This document shows, in pieces, positions 27,180 through 40,630 of a stretch of 64,000 nt of DNA. Source of the stretch: Geosiphon pyriformis uo1 (Eukaryota; Fungi; Glomeromycota). Numbering within the stretch: the first letter of the stretch is position 1; every line of letters starts with the position of its first letter. The DNA lies in assembly GCA_016748015.1 (NCBI GenBank), contig JAAOMT010000294.1, positions 102,541-166,540 of the forward strand, read 5' to 3'. The notes under the pieces were generated by a model. The model saw only the letters and a list, made by a program, of their open reading frames with translations. It did no database searches and was not told the origin of the DNA. A program made the position numbers and the translations under genes.

Positions 27180-30100
27180 ATGGTCTGGTATGGAAAATTG
27201 CCACGTGTAATGCTCGTGGGTTGAACAATCCTGCAAAGCAAAATGATGTCATTTGTTGGCACAAGGATATGAACAATTTGGTTTCTATTTTTATGGAGTC
27301 GAAGCTTAAAAAGAAAGTTTGCCCATGGCTGGCTGACAAATTTGATGGTATTTGGATTTTTACTTCTGGTCTGAATGCTGGTTCTTTGGATACTGGAGTG
27401 TTAATTATCGTGAATTTTTCTTTAGCTAAACACATCTGCAAGGTCTTTGAGGTGCCTGGTCAGCTCCTATCCATCAAGTTACTTTTTAAAAACAAACTTT
27501 CAGTGTCTATTTTGGGGCTCTATGCAGGTGCTTCATTGGTAGTTTGGTCTTTTCAGGCTTGTAAAATCAACTCTTTCATTGTTAAAGCTGTTAATAAGTC
27601 TTTTTTTGTTATTCTTGGTGGTGATTTTAATGAGGATGGTTCTCACAAATGTGCCAGTTTCAAAAAATGTTTTGATTTGGGTTTGATTAACTCTCTGAGG
27701 GGGAGCTCTTTTGTGAAGTCACCTACTTGGTACAATTCTCGTGGTATCACTAAGACAATTGACTACGTGTTTGTTTCTTCTAATTTGGTTGATGTGGTGG
27801 TGAATCATGGTGTAGATGGCATTGGGGACTATTTTAACACTGATCACAAGGCTGTTTATGTTTCTGTGGAACTGGGTGGCCTGCTTGATATCCAGTTGAA
27901 CTCACTGTGCAAACAAGCAAATAGAGATTGTTGAAAGTATGATATCAAAAATGCCAGTAAAATTAAGTGGTCAGAATTCAGGAATGCTACGGCTGCTAAT
28001 GCTGTTATGTTCTCAGATGAGTTTGTTGCAGCTAAGCGGTTTTCTGATCTGAATGCGATGTGGGACATTATTCGTAAGATTATGGTTCTTTTGGCTGGTG
28101 GAACATTCAAAAAAAAATGGTTTAAGAGTTTCGATTGTGTTTTTAATAAGATGTCTTCCCGGTTTCATAAATTGGAGCTACTTGTGTCTAAACTAGTAAA
28201 GGTTTCTTAGTTGGTTTCTGGTGGGAATTTTGCCTCGTTGTTGAATACTTGGAACAGACTTGATTCTGTAAGCGCTTTGCCAGTGAATTTTCTGTTTCTT
28301 TTTGGTGCCAGTTTTGATGCGATCTGTTTTGGGCTGGCTAAGGCAAAAAAGTCTTACCACTCTTCTAAGTTGTTGGAATCTAAGCATATGGAAGAATCTC
28401 ATATAAGACAGGCTATTGAGAGGAGAATAGAGAGTTTTGAGATGAATAAGGGTCATACCATTAGAAGTGTTTTGGAGCATCCTTTTCGTAAAATGGTGTT
28501 GGATTATTTGGTGGACAGTAGAGAATTGGTCTTGGAGCCTGAGTTGGTTAAATCTAAGGTGGATGGAATCATGGAGGGTTGGACTAGAAAACGTGTGATG
28601 GCTTCTAATATTTCTGGTGATTGGGCAAGGCAATTTTGGTCTTTGGATTATGTCTTTGATGACACCTTCTCTGATGTGATGCATTCAATCGGTTTTGATA
28701 AGATGTTTGGTGTTGTTTCAGATTTGTCTGATGGGAAAGCAGCTGGTTTTTCTGGTATTACTAATGAACTTTGAAAACACTATGACAAGTCAGTTTTGGA
28801 TATGCTTTTGGTGCTCTTAAATTTTTGTTTGGATTGTAAGTTGGTGCCTGGATCTTGGAGAGAAGCCTGGGTCTCAATGATTCCTAAACCTTATGAGTGG
28901 GAGGGAGTTCTTACAAATACCCATCCCATTGCTTTGATTGAAACAGCTCACAAAGTCCTTTCCAAGATTTTTTCAGATCGGATATCTCTGGCTTATAGCA
29001 CTTTTGATGTACTCTGTGGGGACAATTTCTCTGTTCTGAAAGGTACGTCTACTCAATCGCCTATCTTCACTATTGGTTTGGTGATCAAAGATGCTTTGGA
29101 AAAGAACCGAGAGCTGTGGCTGGTTTTACAGGATATGTGCAAAGCTTATAATTCTGTTGGTTGGAAGCATCTTAAGAGGAGTTTGGTCAGAATCAAAATG
29201 TGTGACAAATTTATCAGATTTTTTGGTAGCATTCATAATGGTTGCACTAACAGAGTGATAACAGATTTTGGTTTGACTGATGAATATCATGATTACAATG
29301 GATTGGATCAGGGGGAGGTTTTTTCATCACTTCTCTGGCACATATTTTATGACTCATTTTTATGTGAGGTTAAGAGACAGAAGAGCATTTGTGGTTACAG
29401 GTTGATTTTTCATTTCGTTTCTAAGATTGGCTGGGTGGAATCTCAAGCTGGGCTGATGTCGTTTCTGGTTGCTGGTGCTTTTGTTAATGATACTATCTGA
29501 ATTGGTAGCAGCCAGGCTGCTACACAACACATCCTCAATGTTATTAGTGATTTTTTTCATTTGAATGATATTTCTATAAACAATGACAAGACTGTGGCCA
29601 TTCTTATCAACTGTCAAGTCACTGCTCCTTATTTGACTATTAGTGGTTTGCCAATTTCCATTGCTAAAAGAGATGAACCTCATCATTATCTGGGGATTTT
29701 TTTATCTTTTGAAGGTTTTTCGAAGCCCAGCTTGGCTAAAAAGCATTCAGATGTTTGGTTTTTCATCAATCACATTCTAAGAAAAGTTATTTCAGATAAA
29801 CAGTTTGCTTATTTGGTGTCTTCAGTTCTCTTTCCTATTGTCAGCTATAGTAACTCAGTTTAGTTTTATTCCCTTTAGTGTGTGTATTAAATGGGATGCT
29901 TTGATTCATAAGGGCCTGAAATCTAAATCTGGGCTGCCTTTGGACTTTCCCAATGATGTGCTTCCTTATTCTTCCTTGTACAATTTAAAAACTTTTGAGC
30001 AGATTTAGGCTAAAAGCAAGTCGGCTTCTGTCATTGTTTTTGTGAATTTGGTTGGTGTTTTGGGTCATTTGTTTTCCCATAGATCTCACGATTTCCAGGT

Positions 30101-31865
30101 TCTCAACTGGCATCTTTGTCACCCTTTGTTGTTTCCTGTTCATGTTGGAATCAGCCCTTCAAACAACTTTTTGGCAAGTGTGGTTTGTATTTTTTCTGGG
30201 TGTGATTTGTCTTTGGGTGGCTCTCTGGCTAGTGCTTTTTGTTTTTGGAGCAGTACTCCTATGTTTCTAGTTCTCGGCAAGACAATTTTCTCCAAATGTG
30301 TCTTTTCTCTTAGGCATTATAGTATTGCTTTCATAAAACAGCTTTGTGACCAGAATGGTATTGTTTTTGATTGGAAGACTTTCAAACATTGGAAAAGACT
30401 GGACCTCTGTGGCCCGGTCTCCTTTTGGTTTGATCTTTCTGTACATTTTCTTGGTGGTGTAGCTTTTTTTTCTGGTCATTCTCCTCATGAGAGTGTTTGT
30501 GGCTCTTCTGACATCTGTCAGTTTCTTGGTTTTGGTGCTATTTGTAATAATCTGTTGAATGTTGGTGCCACTCGCCTCTCTGTATACACAGATAGATCTC
30601 TGAATAACTTGGATACTTTTGACATATTGGCTGGTGCTGTGGCTTTCTTTGAAGACATTGATTCAGGTCTGGGTGTGGGGGTTTCTGGTTTGGTTTCTTC
30701 TACTTTGGTGGAGTTACAGGCCATTGCTTTAGCTCTTGAGTGTGTTTCTTCTTTTCATTCGGTTGACTTGTTCTCAGACAGCCAGACGGCTATAGATGCT
30801 TATAGGTCGGAGTCTTTATCGGTTGGCCCTGATTTCAGGAATTGTTGTTGGATTGAGTGTTGTCACATTGCCAATGTCATTCATCGTAAAAATTTGGATG
30901 TTAATTGGATTAAGGTTAAGGACCATTCGGGAGTTTTAGGCAACAAGCGTGCTAATGCATTGGCTAAAAATGCTGCCCTTTCTGTCTGACACCTGCCCCA
31001 CTTGGTCAGTGAGAGGTTTTTAAAGGCTAGTATTGATACGGTTTCTGGTAATTCGAGGCATTTTGTTTGTGACGTATTTAGGTCAATTTATTGCATGCAC
31101 TGGGAGGTTGGTTCTGGTTTCCGGGTTGTTCCTGGTTGTTTGCATGCTGATATTGACTGGTTGAGGTCTTCTCTGGTATGGCACCCGGATTTCCACATGG
31201 TGATTGGTTTTACTAGTATTCGGACAGCCAGCTTTCATACATATTTCATAAAAGTCTTTCATCATCATCTTTCTGTTGCTGTGTGAAAGCATCTGTATAA
31301 TAAGGGTTATCCCAGTATAGTTTGTTTGTTCTGTAGTGAGATTGAAGTCTCAGACCATGTTTTTTCTTGCTCTTCTGATACTGGTAGTTATGCCGGTTTG
31401 TTGGACACTTATGCAGCTGCCTGGGAGGTGCGTTCTAGTCTGTCTCATTCTTCTTTGTGCATATCACAGTTGTTGTTGACTTGTATTTCAGATGTGACTG
31501 TCAGTATGGCTTTGTGTAAGGGCTTTGTTTTCAGCAATTGGTATTATAAGTCTGTTTCTGTTTATAAGAATCCTAAGATGGCAATGGTTAATGTTGTGAA
31601 TTTTGTATGTGAGTTTTGTCTTGCATTTCGTGATAATATCTGGCTGGTCCATGTAAAACACTGGGCCATTATGGAGAAGAATAAGCTGATTCCACATAAT
31701 GGTTCCATTCCTGTCGCTGTTTCTGGTTTTTCTATACAGCTTTTAGCTAAGGTGGTTAGGTTGTTGGGTGTTGTTAATGCACTTAGCATCAGTTTTAGGT
31801 ATCATAAACATTGTTTGTTTTATGCAAGTGTTGGTGACATGGCTTCTGTTCATATAAGTATGTAG
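27176..31865 (+). pseudogene. LINE ORF2: AP endonuclease - reverse transcriptase - RNase H - Zn finger, disrupted
   Basis: IATCNARGLN, ILGGDFN, TIDYVFVS, TDHKAV (APE); PIALIE, QDMCKAYNSV, QGEVFSSLLW, AFV(D)DT (RT); VYTD(G)SL, ELQAI, FSDSQ, KVKDHSGVLGN (RNase H); CLFCSEIEVSDHVFSC. Confidence 0.92.
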
Positions 31866-33629
31866 TGTTGTTCTGACTAGTCTGAGTGTTTGGTCATGTA
31901 TAACAAAGGCATGATTTACACCTAGTTTAGATTATTTGTATGATGTATAGCACTAAGTGGCATTTGGACTTCACTCATTAAAAAAAAAATGCTGCAAATA
32001 ATAATATTTTTATAAGAGAGTTAGTAAAAAAAATTAAAAAAAGAAAACTTTCAATAGAATTCAAAGAATCTTTGATTTTAATGCTTTAATTATATTCTAA
32101 ACTTGGCAGTGCAGATGGCTTTAGATGAAATAAAAAATGATGTTTTTAAGGTATTTATTAAAAATCCAAACTAAATATATTTATTTAAAATTTTTTTAAT
32201 GTAAACTTTATATAAATTAAAAATTAGAGAACTTAACTCTGCAATTCATATCTTATACTAACATTTTAAGCTTTTTGAACATATTTGTAATATATGTTAA
32301 ATTAAATACTATAAACTTATTTTGGATTGTTTTACCCAGTAGAATTTTACTTATAACATAGTTAGAAATAAGTTATTTTTTAAATTGGCAAGTTATTTAT
32401 TTCTAATTCTATATATTTTGAATGCAAAAATTTTAATTGTAAATTTATAAACATTAAATACTCTTACTAGTACTCATATTAACTTTTATTAATATGCTAT
32501 TTTACATAATTAGTAAACTGTCTTCAATAAAATTACTAAATTTCTTAAATTATTTAAAGATATTATAATTAAAATATTAGCCAATTCAAATAATACTGCT
32601 TTTTTAATTATTTTTCTCTTTAATATTATTTTTAATTACATTGAAAACACAGTTGATGATAATAAATTTGGTAAAGTATTATAATTTCAATTGTATTTAT
32701 TTAATTATTTATATAATATATTTAATATTAGATTTATTATTTGTTGTAGTAACTAGGATAACAAAAGAAAAACTAATTAAATATTATTCTAAAACAAACA
32801 CAACTATAATGTTCTGTATTGTATTAAATTCAAGAAAAAAATTCTATTATTTTACAAAAAGTGAATTTTTGAATAACAATATTAATTTATTTAAATGTTT
32901 TTATTTTCTAACTTTTACATAATAATAAATCTTTAAAATATGTACTTTCTTTGAAACAAAGTACATATTGAATATTATACCAACATTAAATAACAGTTTT
33001 TTATTAAATAGTAATTTTAATAATATTATAGTATTAGTCATATAATCTATATTAGAGGAAGATTTTGACTATAATAAAAAGAAGAACTTAATAAAATTGA
33101 TCATTATATCTCTAAAAAAATGGCCAATAGAAAAATAAATATAATAGTATAGTGGAAAATATATTATAAAAATATTTATCTAAATTAATATTTTATTAAT
33201 AATTTAATATTTAGATATATTAAACACAATTTTCTCATTTTGTATATATAACTTATAATTATTTGGCAATCCAAGAATTATTTATTGCTTCTGAACATGT
33301 TTTTTTTGTAGATGAGAATATGAATACAGATACAAAGTTTTGTTTAATGCTTAAAACTAAAAAAACAGTACAGTGTTTTTAATTATAAATACAGAAATTA
33401 TTAAAAAAAAATTAAATAATAATATAGTATAATATAATATTTTTAATAATTAAACCTAAACATGTTCATAAACTTTGAATTGAACTTGAATCAGACTTGT
33501 TATATGTGTTCAGGTTCAATTTAAGTTCAATAATTTTAAGTTTAATTTAAGTTTAAGTTTAAAATTTTGCCAAATTTTTTGTTCAAGTTTAATTCAGTTC
33601 AGTAATTTAATTGAACTTAAATCAAACTA

Positions 33630-34500
33630 GACCAAATATCAAAATCTTAACACAAACAACTTTACCAAACACACTAAAAATTATCTTAATATTAATAGTA
33701 AATACACCCAAAAACACATTATGCAGTACAATAACAGCAAAAAAAAAATTAGACTCAGAATTCACCAAAAACTTGGTAATTTTAAGAGTAATCAAACAAA
33801 CAAAGCTTATAAACTTAATCAAAAAGCAGTTTTCAAAGACTCTTAAGAAACAAAATCCATATAAAAGAGCTTTATATTGTTTTTTGACACTAATTTTGCA
33901 CTTAAAAACTCATATACAGACTGAAAAACAGCTTTAATATAAGCCAATTTAAAAGTAGTACTAAATACCAAAATAAAGATTATCCATCCAGCAAATTTTT
34001 AATAATTAATAATAGTTTTCTAAGCACTATTAATGACAGTACTAAAAACCAATAAGAAGGATAATTTAGTTTCTATCTGGTTAGTTTAGTTTTAAAAAAT
34101 AAGTAATTCTATAAGAAATAATTATTTTGTTTCTAAAACCAACATAGATCTACCAGAAGACACCATATTTGGCAATACTAAGACTAATCTAAATGTGTTT
34201 TTTTGAAAGAATTTTGACTGAAAAAAAACCAGTTAAAAATAAAAAAAATGTTTTAATGGTCACCAAAGACAGTCTTTTACTATCAATATTTAAAGAAAAA
34301 GCTTTAAAGATATTTTCTTTAACAGTTTCTATAACAAAAAATATTTATCTGATTAAAATTTTATTAGATATCTTAGAAAAAATAACAAGTGCTGTTTTTT
34401 TACTCTTTGTTTTGATTATAGTCATAAAATTAAGAAAACAAAAAGTTTTTTTTAGGATTATTAACTTATTTAAAAAACAAAAAAACAAAACTAAATTTTA
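33630..34500 (-). mobile_element. Decayed LINE 5' fragment (ORF1 relic)
   Basis: ORF 33622-33822 (VLHNVFLGVFTINIKIIFSVFGKV) resembles the ORF1 segment of the other LINEs here; boundaries approximate. Confidence 0.5.
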
Positions 34501-34520
34501 TTAATTATAATTAAGTAATA

Positions 34521-35750
34521 TTTTTTTTTTATTTGCTTAATAAGTGAGATCCAAATACTACCTAAACTATACATCAAAGAAATAATCTAAACTAGGTATG
34601 AATCATGTATTTTCTATATGTGACTAGCCACTTAAGCTAATCAGAACAATACTATGCAGTTATATAAACTGAGACTAAGTTACTAACACCTAAAAAAAAT
34701 CAACAAAGCTTACAAAAGCCAAAATGAACACCAAATGCTTCAGCAATCCTAAGCAATCTGACCACACTAGCCAAGAACTTTAAAGCTGAACCAGAGATTG
34801 AGAGATTAATCCATTTTTTTTTATATAAGCATAATGTTTAGCATGAATCACCCAGATATTATCTCTAAAAGCAAAACAAAGAGAATGCACAAACTCTACA
34901 ATCTTCAAACCAGCAATTTTGGAATTCTGAAAGACAAAGATAGCTTCTTAAAGCCAACCATCAAAAACAAAACCCTTATAAAAAGCCATAGACACAGAGT
35001 CACCAGAAACACAGAATAACAACAGTTACAATACACATGAAAAAGAAAGAGAGAAACCAGAAATTGCCTTCCAAGAAGTCATATAAGTGTTTAATATCTA
35101 ATGATAAACAGAAACATCAATATTACAAGAGAATACATAATCTGATATTTCCACACCATCACAATATAAACACAACACACTAGAATAGTGTCTGTCATAA
35201 AAGTGCTTTCAAATAACAACAGACAGCTAATAATATAGAGCTTTTATGAAATAAGTGCATACATTAGCTAAAGGCCTGCTAATAAAACTAGTGGCTATGT
35301 GTAAATCAGATTGTTATACCAATAAGAAGTTAAGCCAATCAATGTTTGAAAGTAAACTATTAACCAAAAACCTAGAGCCAAAACCAACCTCCCAATATAC
35401 TCAACAAATAAAACAAAAAACATCATAGATGAAGTGCTTAGAATTGTCAAAAACAACATCACTATTAACAACTATAAAGCATTTTTTTAAATATAGAGGA
35501 AGATACCAATTAAAAAGAGAGACAACATTAGCAATCACATTAGCATACTTATTTCTTATAACATTAAAGTAACTTTTTACCTTGTACTAATCAACTTTCA
35601 AATTCTTATCATGAATAATATTCATAATATATCAACATTTAATTCAGCATTAATTATAAAAATCAGAATACACCAAACTCAATTCCAACTTACAAATATT
35701 CAAAGCAGGTTGACTATCTAAAAATAAGTGAACAGAGCTAGACAGGAGAT
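34521..35750 (-). mobile_element. 5'-truncated LINE (3' UTR, Zn finger, part of RNase H), decayed
   Basis: T-run 34521-34530 is the poly(A) tail; 3' UTR homologous to 31866-31987; relic ORF2 C-terminus. Confidence 0.85.
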
Positions 35751-35959
35751 TAAGTAATATATATTAAATTAAATATAATTACAAATAATTATTATAATTT
35801 TACTAAAAAATAATTTTTAAAAATATTTTAATATTTTTATTTTTTATAAAATAATTTAAACAGATAAATTCAAAAAATAAATTGATAAAAAGTTATATTA
35901 TTTTACATAAATAAATTATTTATAATATTATATTGTATTAAATAGTAATTAAATCTTAT

Positions 35960-36620
35960 ATTTTTTATTTATTTATTTATTTAACAAGTGAGATTCAAAC
36001 ACTACTTAGTGCTATACATCAAAAAAATGATCTAAACTAGACATGAATCATGCACTTTTTACACATAACCAGTCACTCGGGCTGATCAAAACAACACTAC
36101 ACAGCTATATGAACTAAGACTAAGTCATTTATATCTAAGAAAAATAAACAAGATTTGTGGAATCCAAAACAAACTTCAAAAGCTTTGGTAATGCCAAGCA
36201 ACTTGATCACACCAGCTGAAAACTCCGATGCCAAACTGGAAATCAACACAAAAGCCGAACCATCCAATGAAATCAATCCAGTCTTTTCCATATAGGCATA
36301 ATGTTTAGCACTAAACATCATCTTTAAAGACAAGACCAAGAAAACACACAAATTTGACAACCTCCGAACTGGCAACTTTGGGATAATAAAAGATGGAAAC
36401 AGCCTTACAAAATCAAATATTAAAAACAAAACTCTTATAAAAAGTCATAGATACAAAGAAATCAGAAATACAAGATGACAACAGCTGCAGCATATTTGAA
36501 AAAAAGTGAGAAAAACCAGAAAAAGCCTTCTATGAAACCATGTAGGAGTCCAATATTTAATGTCTAGTAGAATTGTTGATCTTACAAAAAAACACATGAT
36601 CTGACACTTTTATATTACTA
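35960..36620 (-). mobile_element. 5'-truncated LINE 3' end
   Basis: (AAAT)n/A tail, conserved 3' UTR; ORF 36097-36429 end matches the ORF2 C-terminus (SAGVIKLLG...FGFHKSCLFF). Confidence 0.85.
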
Positions 36621-37123
36621 TCTTATATTAAAAACAAAAAAATTAAAAATATTGTATTTTAATTCAAATTTTTAATTAAATAAAAACACATATTAAAATA
36701 CAATTTTTTTTGCTTTTTTAATAAAAATAATTATATTAAATAATATGACCAAATATTAATTAAGATTTTATTTAATAAATATCTTATTTTAAATTGAAAA
36801 AATATTAATATTTATAACTTATCAAAACAGTTAAAGTTTTCAAAAATTGCAAAACTAATTTTTTAAAAAAAACTTTGCTATTAAAATCTAGTTAATTTTT
36901 ATTGATTATTTAAAACACAAAAAAATTGTACTATTTAACTTAATTCTTTTTATAATTAAGAAAACTTTTTAAATCGTTGCTTTTCAATGATTAAAGAAAA
37001 AGTGGTAATTGTCATGACTTCTGATGAATTAAAATAGCGTTGTGTAACAATAAGCAATAGGGTTAGATTTGATAGACAGAGTTTTCCTCCCTAGTTTTGG
37101 CCATTTTTATTTTCAAACTCAAA

Positions 37124-37967
37124 ATGCCTAAAATCCGACACTTACGCACTAAAAAGCCCCCGGAGGGCTTTGAAGACATAGAGCCGACCTTGGCAGAGTT
37201 TGCCCAGAAAATGAAAGACGGTAAGCCTTGTAAGCGAAATATTTCATCTAAATTGAAATGTTGCTAATAAAATTACTTTGAATGGCATACGAAGCTGAGA
37301 ATGAACCTCACGAAGGCAAACGTCGTGTCGAATCTCTATGGCCGATATTTCGACTTCACCATCAACGCTCGCGCTATGTCTATGATTTGTATTATAAACG
37401 CGAAGCGATTACTCAAGAGGTTTATGAGTACTGTTTAAAAAATGGTTACGCTGATGCTAACCTGATAGCAAAATGGAAAAAGGTTGGCTCGTTATTTCTT
37501 GAGTTTCGCCCAATATATTTTGACCGAGTTTTGACGGATTGATTGTGCTAAAAGGACAACCATGTAATATAGCCCGGTTTTGAACGTCTCTGCTGTCTTC
37601 GTTGCATCCAGCCCAAGGATACCAATTTTGGGACGACTTGTATATGTCGAGTACCGAAATCAAAATTGGAAGAGGGTAGGGTGGTCGAATGTGTGTTGTG
37701 TGGGTGCAGGTATTCAATATTTTTCTATCAATATTTTCCCATTTGGATACCTTGGTTTACATCTAATTAATACATTTTATACTCAGAGGATGCTCGAGCA
37801 CTGACTTCACATCAACCAAGAAAGAACCTAGGAACAGACCGCGTAACGCCGGTGATGAAGACGACACAGGGAACCCTTATGTAATCCCGGAAGATCCTTT
37901 GGATCATTCTTCGCACAGTCGACATGTGGAGCATCGTCAGCGTGGCAAGGAATCAGATGATGAATAA
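37124..37967 (+). CDS. BUD31: Pre-mRNA splicing factor Bud31/G10/Cwf14, 4 exons
   Basis: [23 protein letters not shown]...[24 protein letters not shown]...[11 protein letters not shown]|[13 protein letters not shown]...CICRVP...ECVLCGCR|GCSSTD plus an extension. Confidence 0.95.
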
Positions 37968-39030
37968 AAAAGTAATAACATTTATATTTTAACCAGTGGA
38001 TCATACTGATTTACTACATTAGCTACTTTTTCGTGTATTTTGCTCTTTACATATCAAAGAAACAACGGACTTTGGTTATTGACTCTCGTCAATTTGGTCA
38101 TACTTCTAAGGAGAAATAGCCTTTATTCATCAATAACGTGGCTGTTTCACTGAAGCTTCCAGAAGATCTTTTCTCGCTATATGACAAATAGATATTATAT
38201 CAAGATACACAAAAGATGTTTATGTTGCAAGGGATCAAATGTTGATTCAAGTATGAAAGCTTTTTAAAGTGACACATCCGAGTAATCTATTCAATGACAA
38301 AGAACATCGCATCTCCTTTATTTTACAAATAAATCTTAACGGTTGATTTCTATGTATATTTGACATGGCAAATATAGCATTTTAGCGTTCCTCGGAGAAA
38401 TTGGTTAACTTATTAAAAAATCGAAGGCATATGCTGGTTAGGTCAAAAATCCCAGATTCACGAATGATTGAATCAAAAAATGATGTCATGGTTTGACAAG
38501 GGTAGGCACCAAAGTAGATGATCCATAGGTAGTAAAGGTGACGAATTTGATCATCACTAACCAGATATGATGGATCTTCTATTCTCATTATTGCAAATTT
38601 AACAACATGTGTTGTGTTCGACGCTTGAAATTAAATCGAAAAAGGCGAAGATTTGATTCAAAATATTCACAATTGCTTTGCTAAGAGATTTGTGATTTAG
38701 CCTGTAAAATGTACTAGGTTATTATTCACTTTGTACTCTTGAAAATCATTATTTGAGTCAATATTTACATACTAATTTGTAAATAGCAAAAGAAACTTAC
38801 TGTTTACTATAAAATTAGCAAATAATAGACTTATCTAGTAACTATGCAAGTGGTTATGCCTTTTCATTTTACATAAAAGAAAATTATAAAAGATTTTTTA
38901 CAACAAAAAAAAATTGTTTTGATTCAAATCATTACGTATTATATAATTATTAATTAAATTAAAATTTGGTATAACTTGGTTAATTATATTGTTGTGAATA
39001 TGTCCAAAACATTTTAAATTTTGTATATAG

Positions 39031-39863
39031 TATTATGATTTAAGAATTTAGCAAAAGAATTATAAAATAATATAAATTATTCAATCATAATATAACACAG
39101 TAATAATCTTAGAAAGGTAATAATTAATATAGTAACAAGCACTATTTTGCAATAACAGCAAACATTAGCTTGTAATAGTAATAAACACCAACTAATAATA
39201 GCAGTAAATACCAGATTAAAATATTAAAAAAAGAATATTACAATGTGTTTTTTTATAGAACTACAAATATATATATATATAATAGCTTTAATATTAAGAA
39301 AAACAACAATTTATTTAATAGTTTAATCTTGTTAGATTTTAATTTTTTACTTTAATTATTTGTTAGCTTTTATTTTTAATAAATATTTAAAGAAACTTTT
39401 AAATTAAAAAGAAATTAAAAACAATATTAAAAACAAATTCAAAGTATTAAAAAACTTACTTGTATTATTTATTAACTAAAACTCTTAAAAAAATAATTTC
39501 TGATCAAAATTATTCATGTTATTATTAATTGATAAAAACTTTATTGTAAAAATTAAGAAAAACATTAAAAACCATTAATATTTTATGTTTTTATACTAGA
39601 AAAACACATTAAACAATTACAAAAATAGTTTTAGAAGAGATTTTAAAACAGTGAGTAGATTTTAGTTTAGTTTTTAAAAAGAAGTACATAAATATATATA
39701 CAAAAATTAAAAATTAAAAGATAAATTATATTATAACATCCAAAAAGTCTTTAATATAATAATATTATTATTATATAAATAAAATTAAAAAACTCATAAA
39801 ATACTAATTGTAATTAAAATAAGATATTAATATTTAATATATTAAAAAAACTATTCTGTAACA
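39031..39863 (+). mobile_element. Heavily decayed solo LTR, gypsy family A (opposite orientation to the other copies)
   Basis: Reverse-complement match to 45369-46237; starts TATTAT (decayed TGTTAC), ends GTAACA; flanks ATAG / ATAA. Confidence 0.85.
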
Positions 39864-40229
39864 ATAATTAAAATTCTGTTAAAAAAAATTTTAAAAAAAT
39901 TTTTCTTGTTATTTTAATAAATAGAATAGATTATATGTTTGTTAAAATGTTTTTTACTTATATAATTTAAAAATTTATTAACATTTAAGCTTTTTTTTTA
40001 TTTAAAATTATTTTTATATATAAACAAAAATTTATTATATTTAATAAAAAGTTCAAAACAATTTTATTATAGTATTTTTATATTTTATTTAAAATTATGT
40101 ATTTTTTAATTTATATTTTTATAATACAATCTGTTTTAATTTAATTTGTATAATATATAAATATAGCTAAATATAATAATCAGATTATATAATATTCTAA
40201 ACTATCTAATATTTAAAAATTTAATAAAA

Positions 40230-40630
40230 CATTTACAGTTTACCAAAATAATTAATAATTTGTAGAAATAATTTATAATTTGCCAAAATATACTTTTAGT
40301 TTAATAAAAATATAAAATTATTATATAATAAGTTGTATAAAAAAGACTTTTTACTTTAAAAAATTGTATTTTATTTTAGATTTAAGACTTTAATTAATTA
40401 TTACAAATTAACAAAAATAAATATTTATTTAAAAATCAATTTTTTTTATAATTATTATTGTTTAAAATTTACAAATTATAATTAATATTTTAAAATTAGC
40501 TATTAATTTTAATAATTATTTAATTAATTTTAGACTTAAACATAAAACAATTTTTTTATATTTTTTGATTTTAATTTTCTTATTTTTAATTTTTACAACA
40601 AAGTAATTACATATTATTAAAGAACTTATA
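40230..40630 (+). mobile_element. Very decayed LTR relic related to family B
   Basis: agtttaccaaaata...aatttgccaaaata...aagttgtataaaaaaga and tttacaacaaagtaattaca match 57320-57455 and ~57781; boundaries not resolved. Confidence 0.55.

Larger units (their letters stand above)
25242..31987 (+). mobile_element. Full-length LINE (non-LTR retrotransposon), inactivated
   Basis: 11-bp TSD AATGCTGCAAA (25231-25241 / 31988-31998), poly(A) tail, ORF1 plus ORF2 with APE, RT, RNase H and C-terminal Zn motif. Confidence 0.95.
22724..33620 (+). mobile_element. Fossil hAT DNA transposon (intron-containing transposase) interrupted by a LINE
   Basis: TAGGGTT terminus with decayed aaccRaac/ggttc subterminal repeats at both ends; relic motifs: BED finger (~23205-23285), FVSITV(H)YI (~24685), (D)NAANN at the LINE junction, CFN(H)ILNLAVQ (32082), LDC(P)T(RW)N(S)TY (~32320), YLAIQ....ASE(R)VF hATC (~33260); right TIR not resolved. 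Confidence 0.8.

Noticed and set aside
38050-38600. GC-normal stretch and 68-aa ORF downstream of BUD31
   Set aside because: No recognisable protein or consistent exon chain
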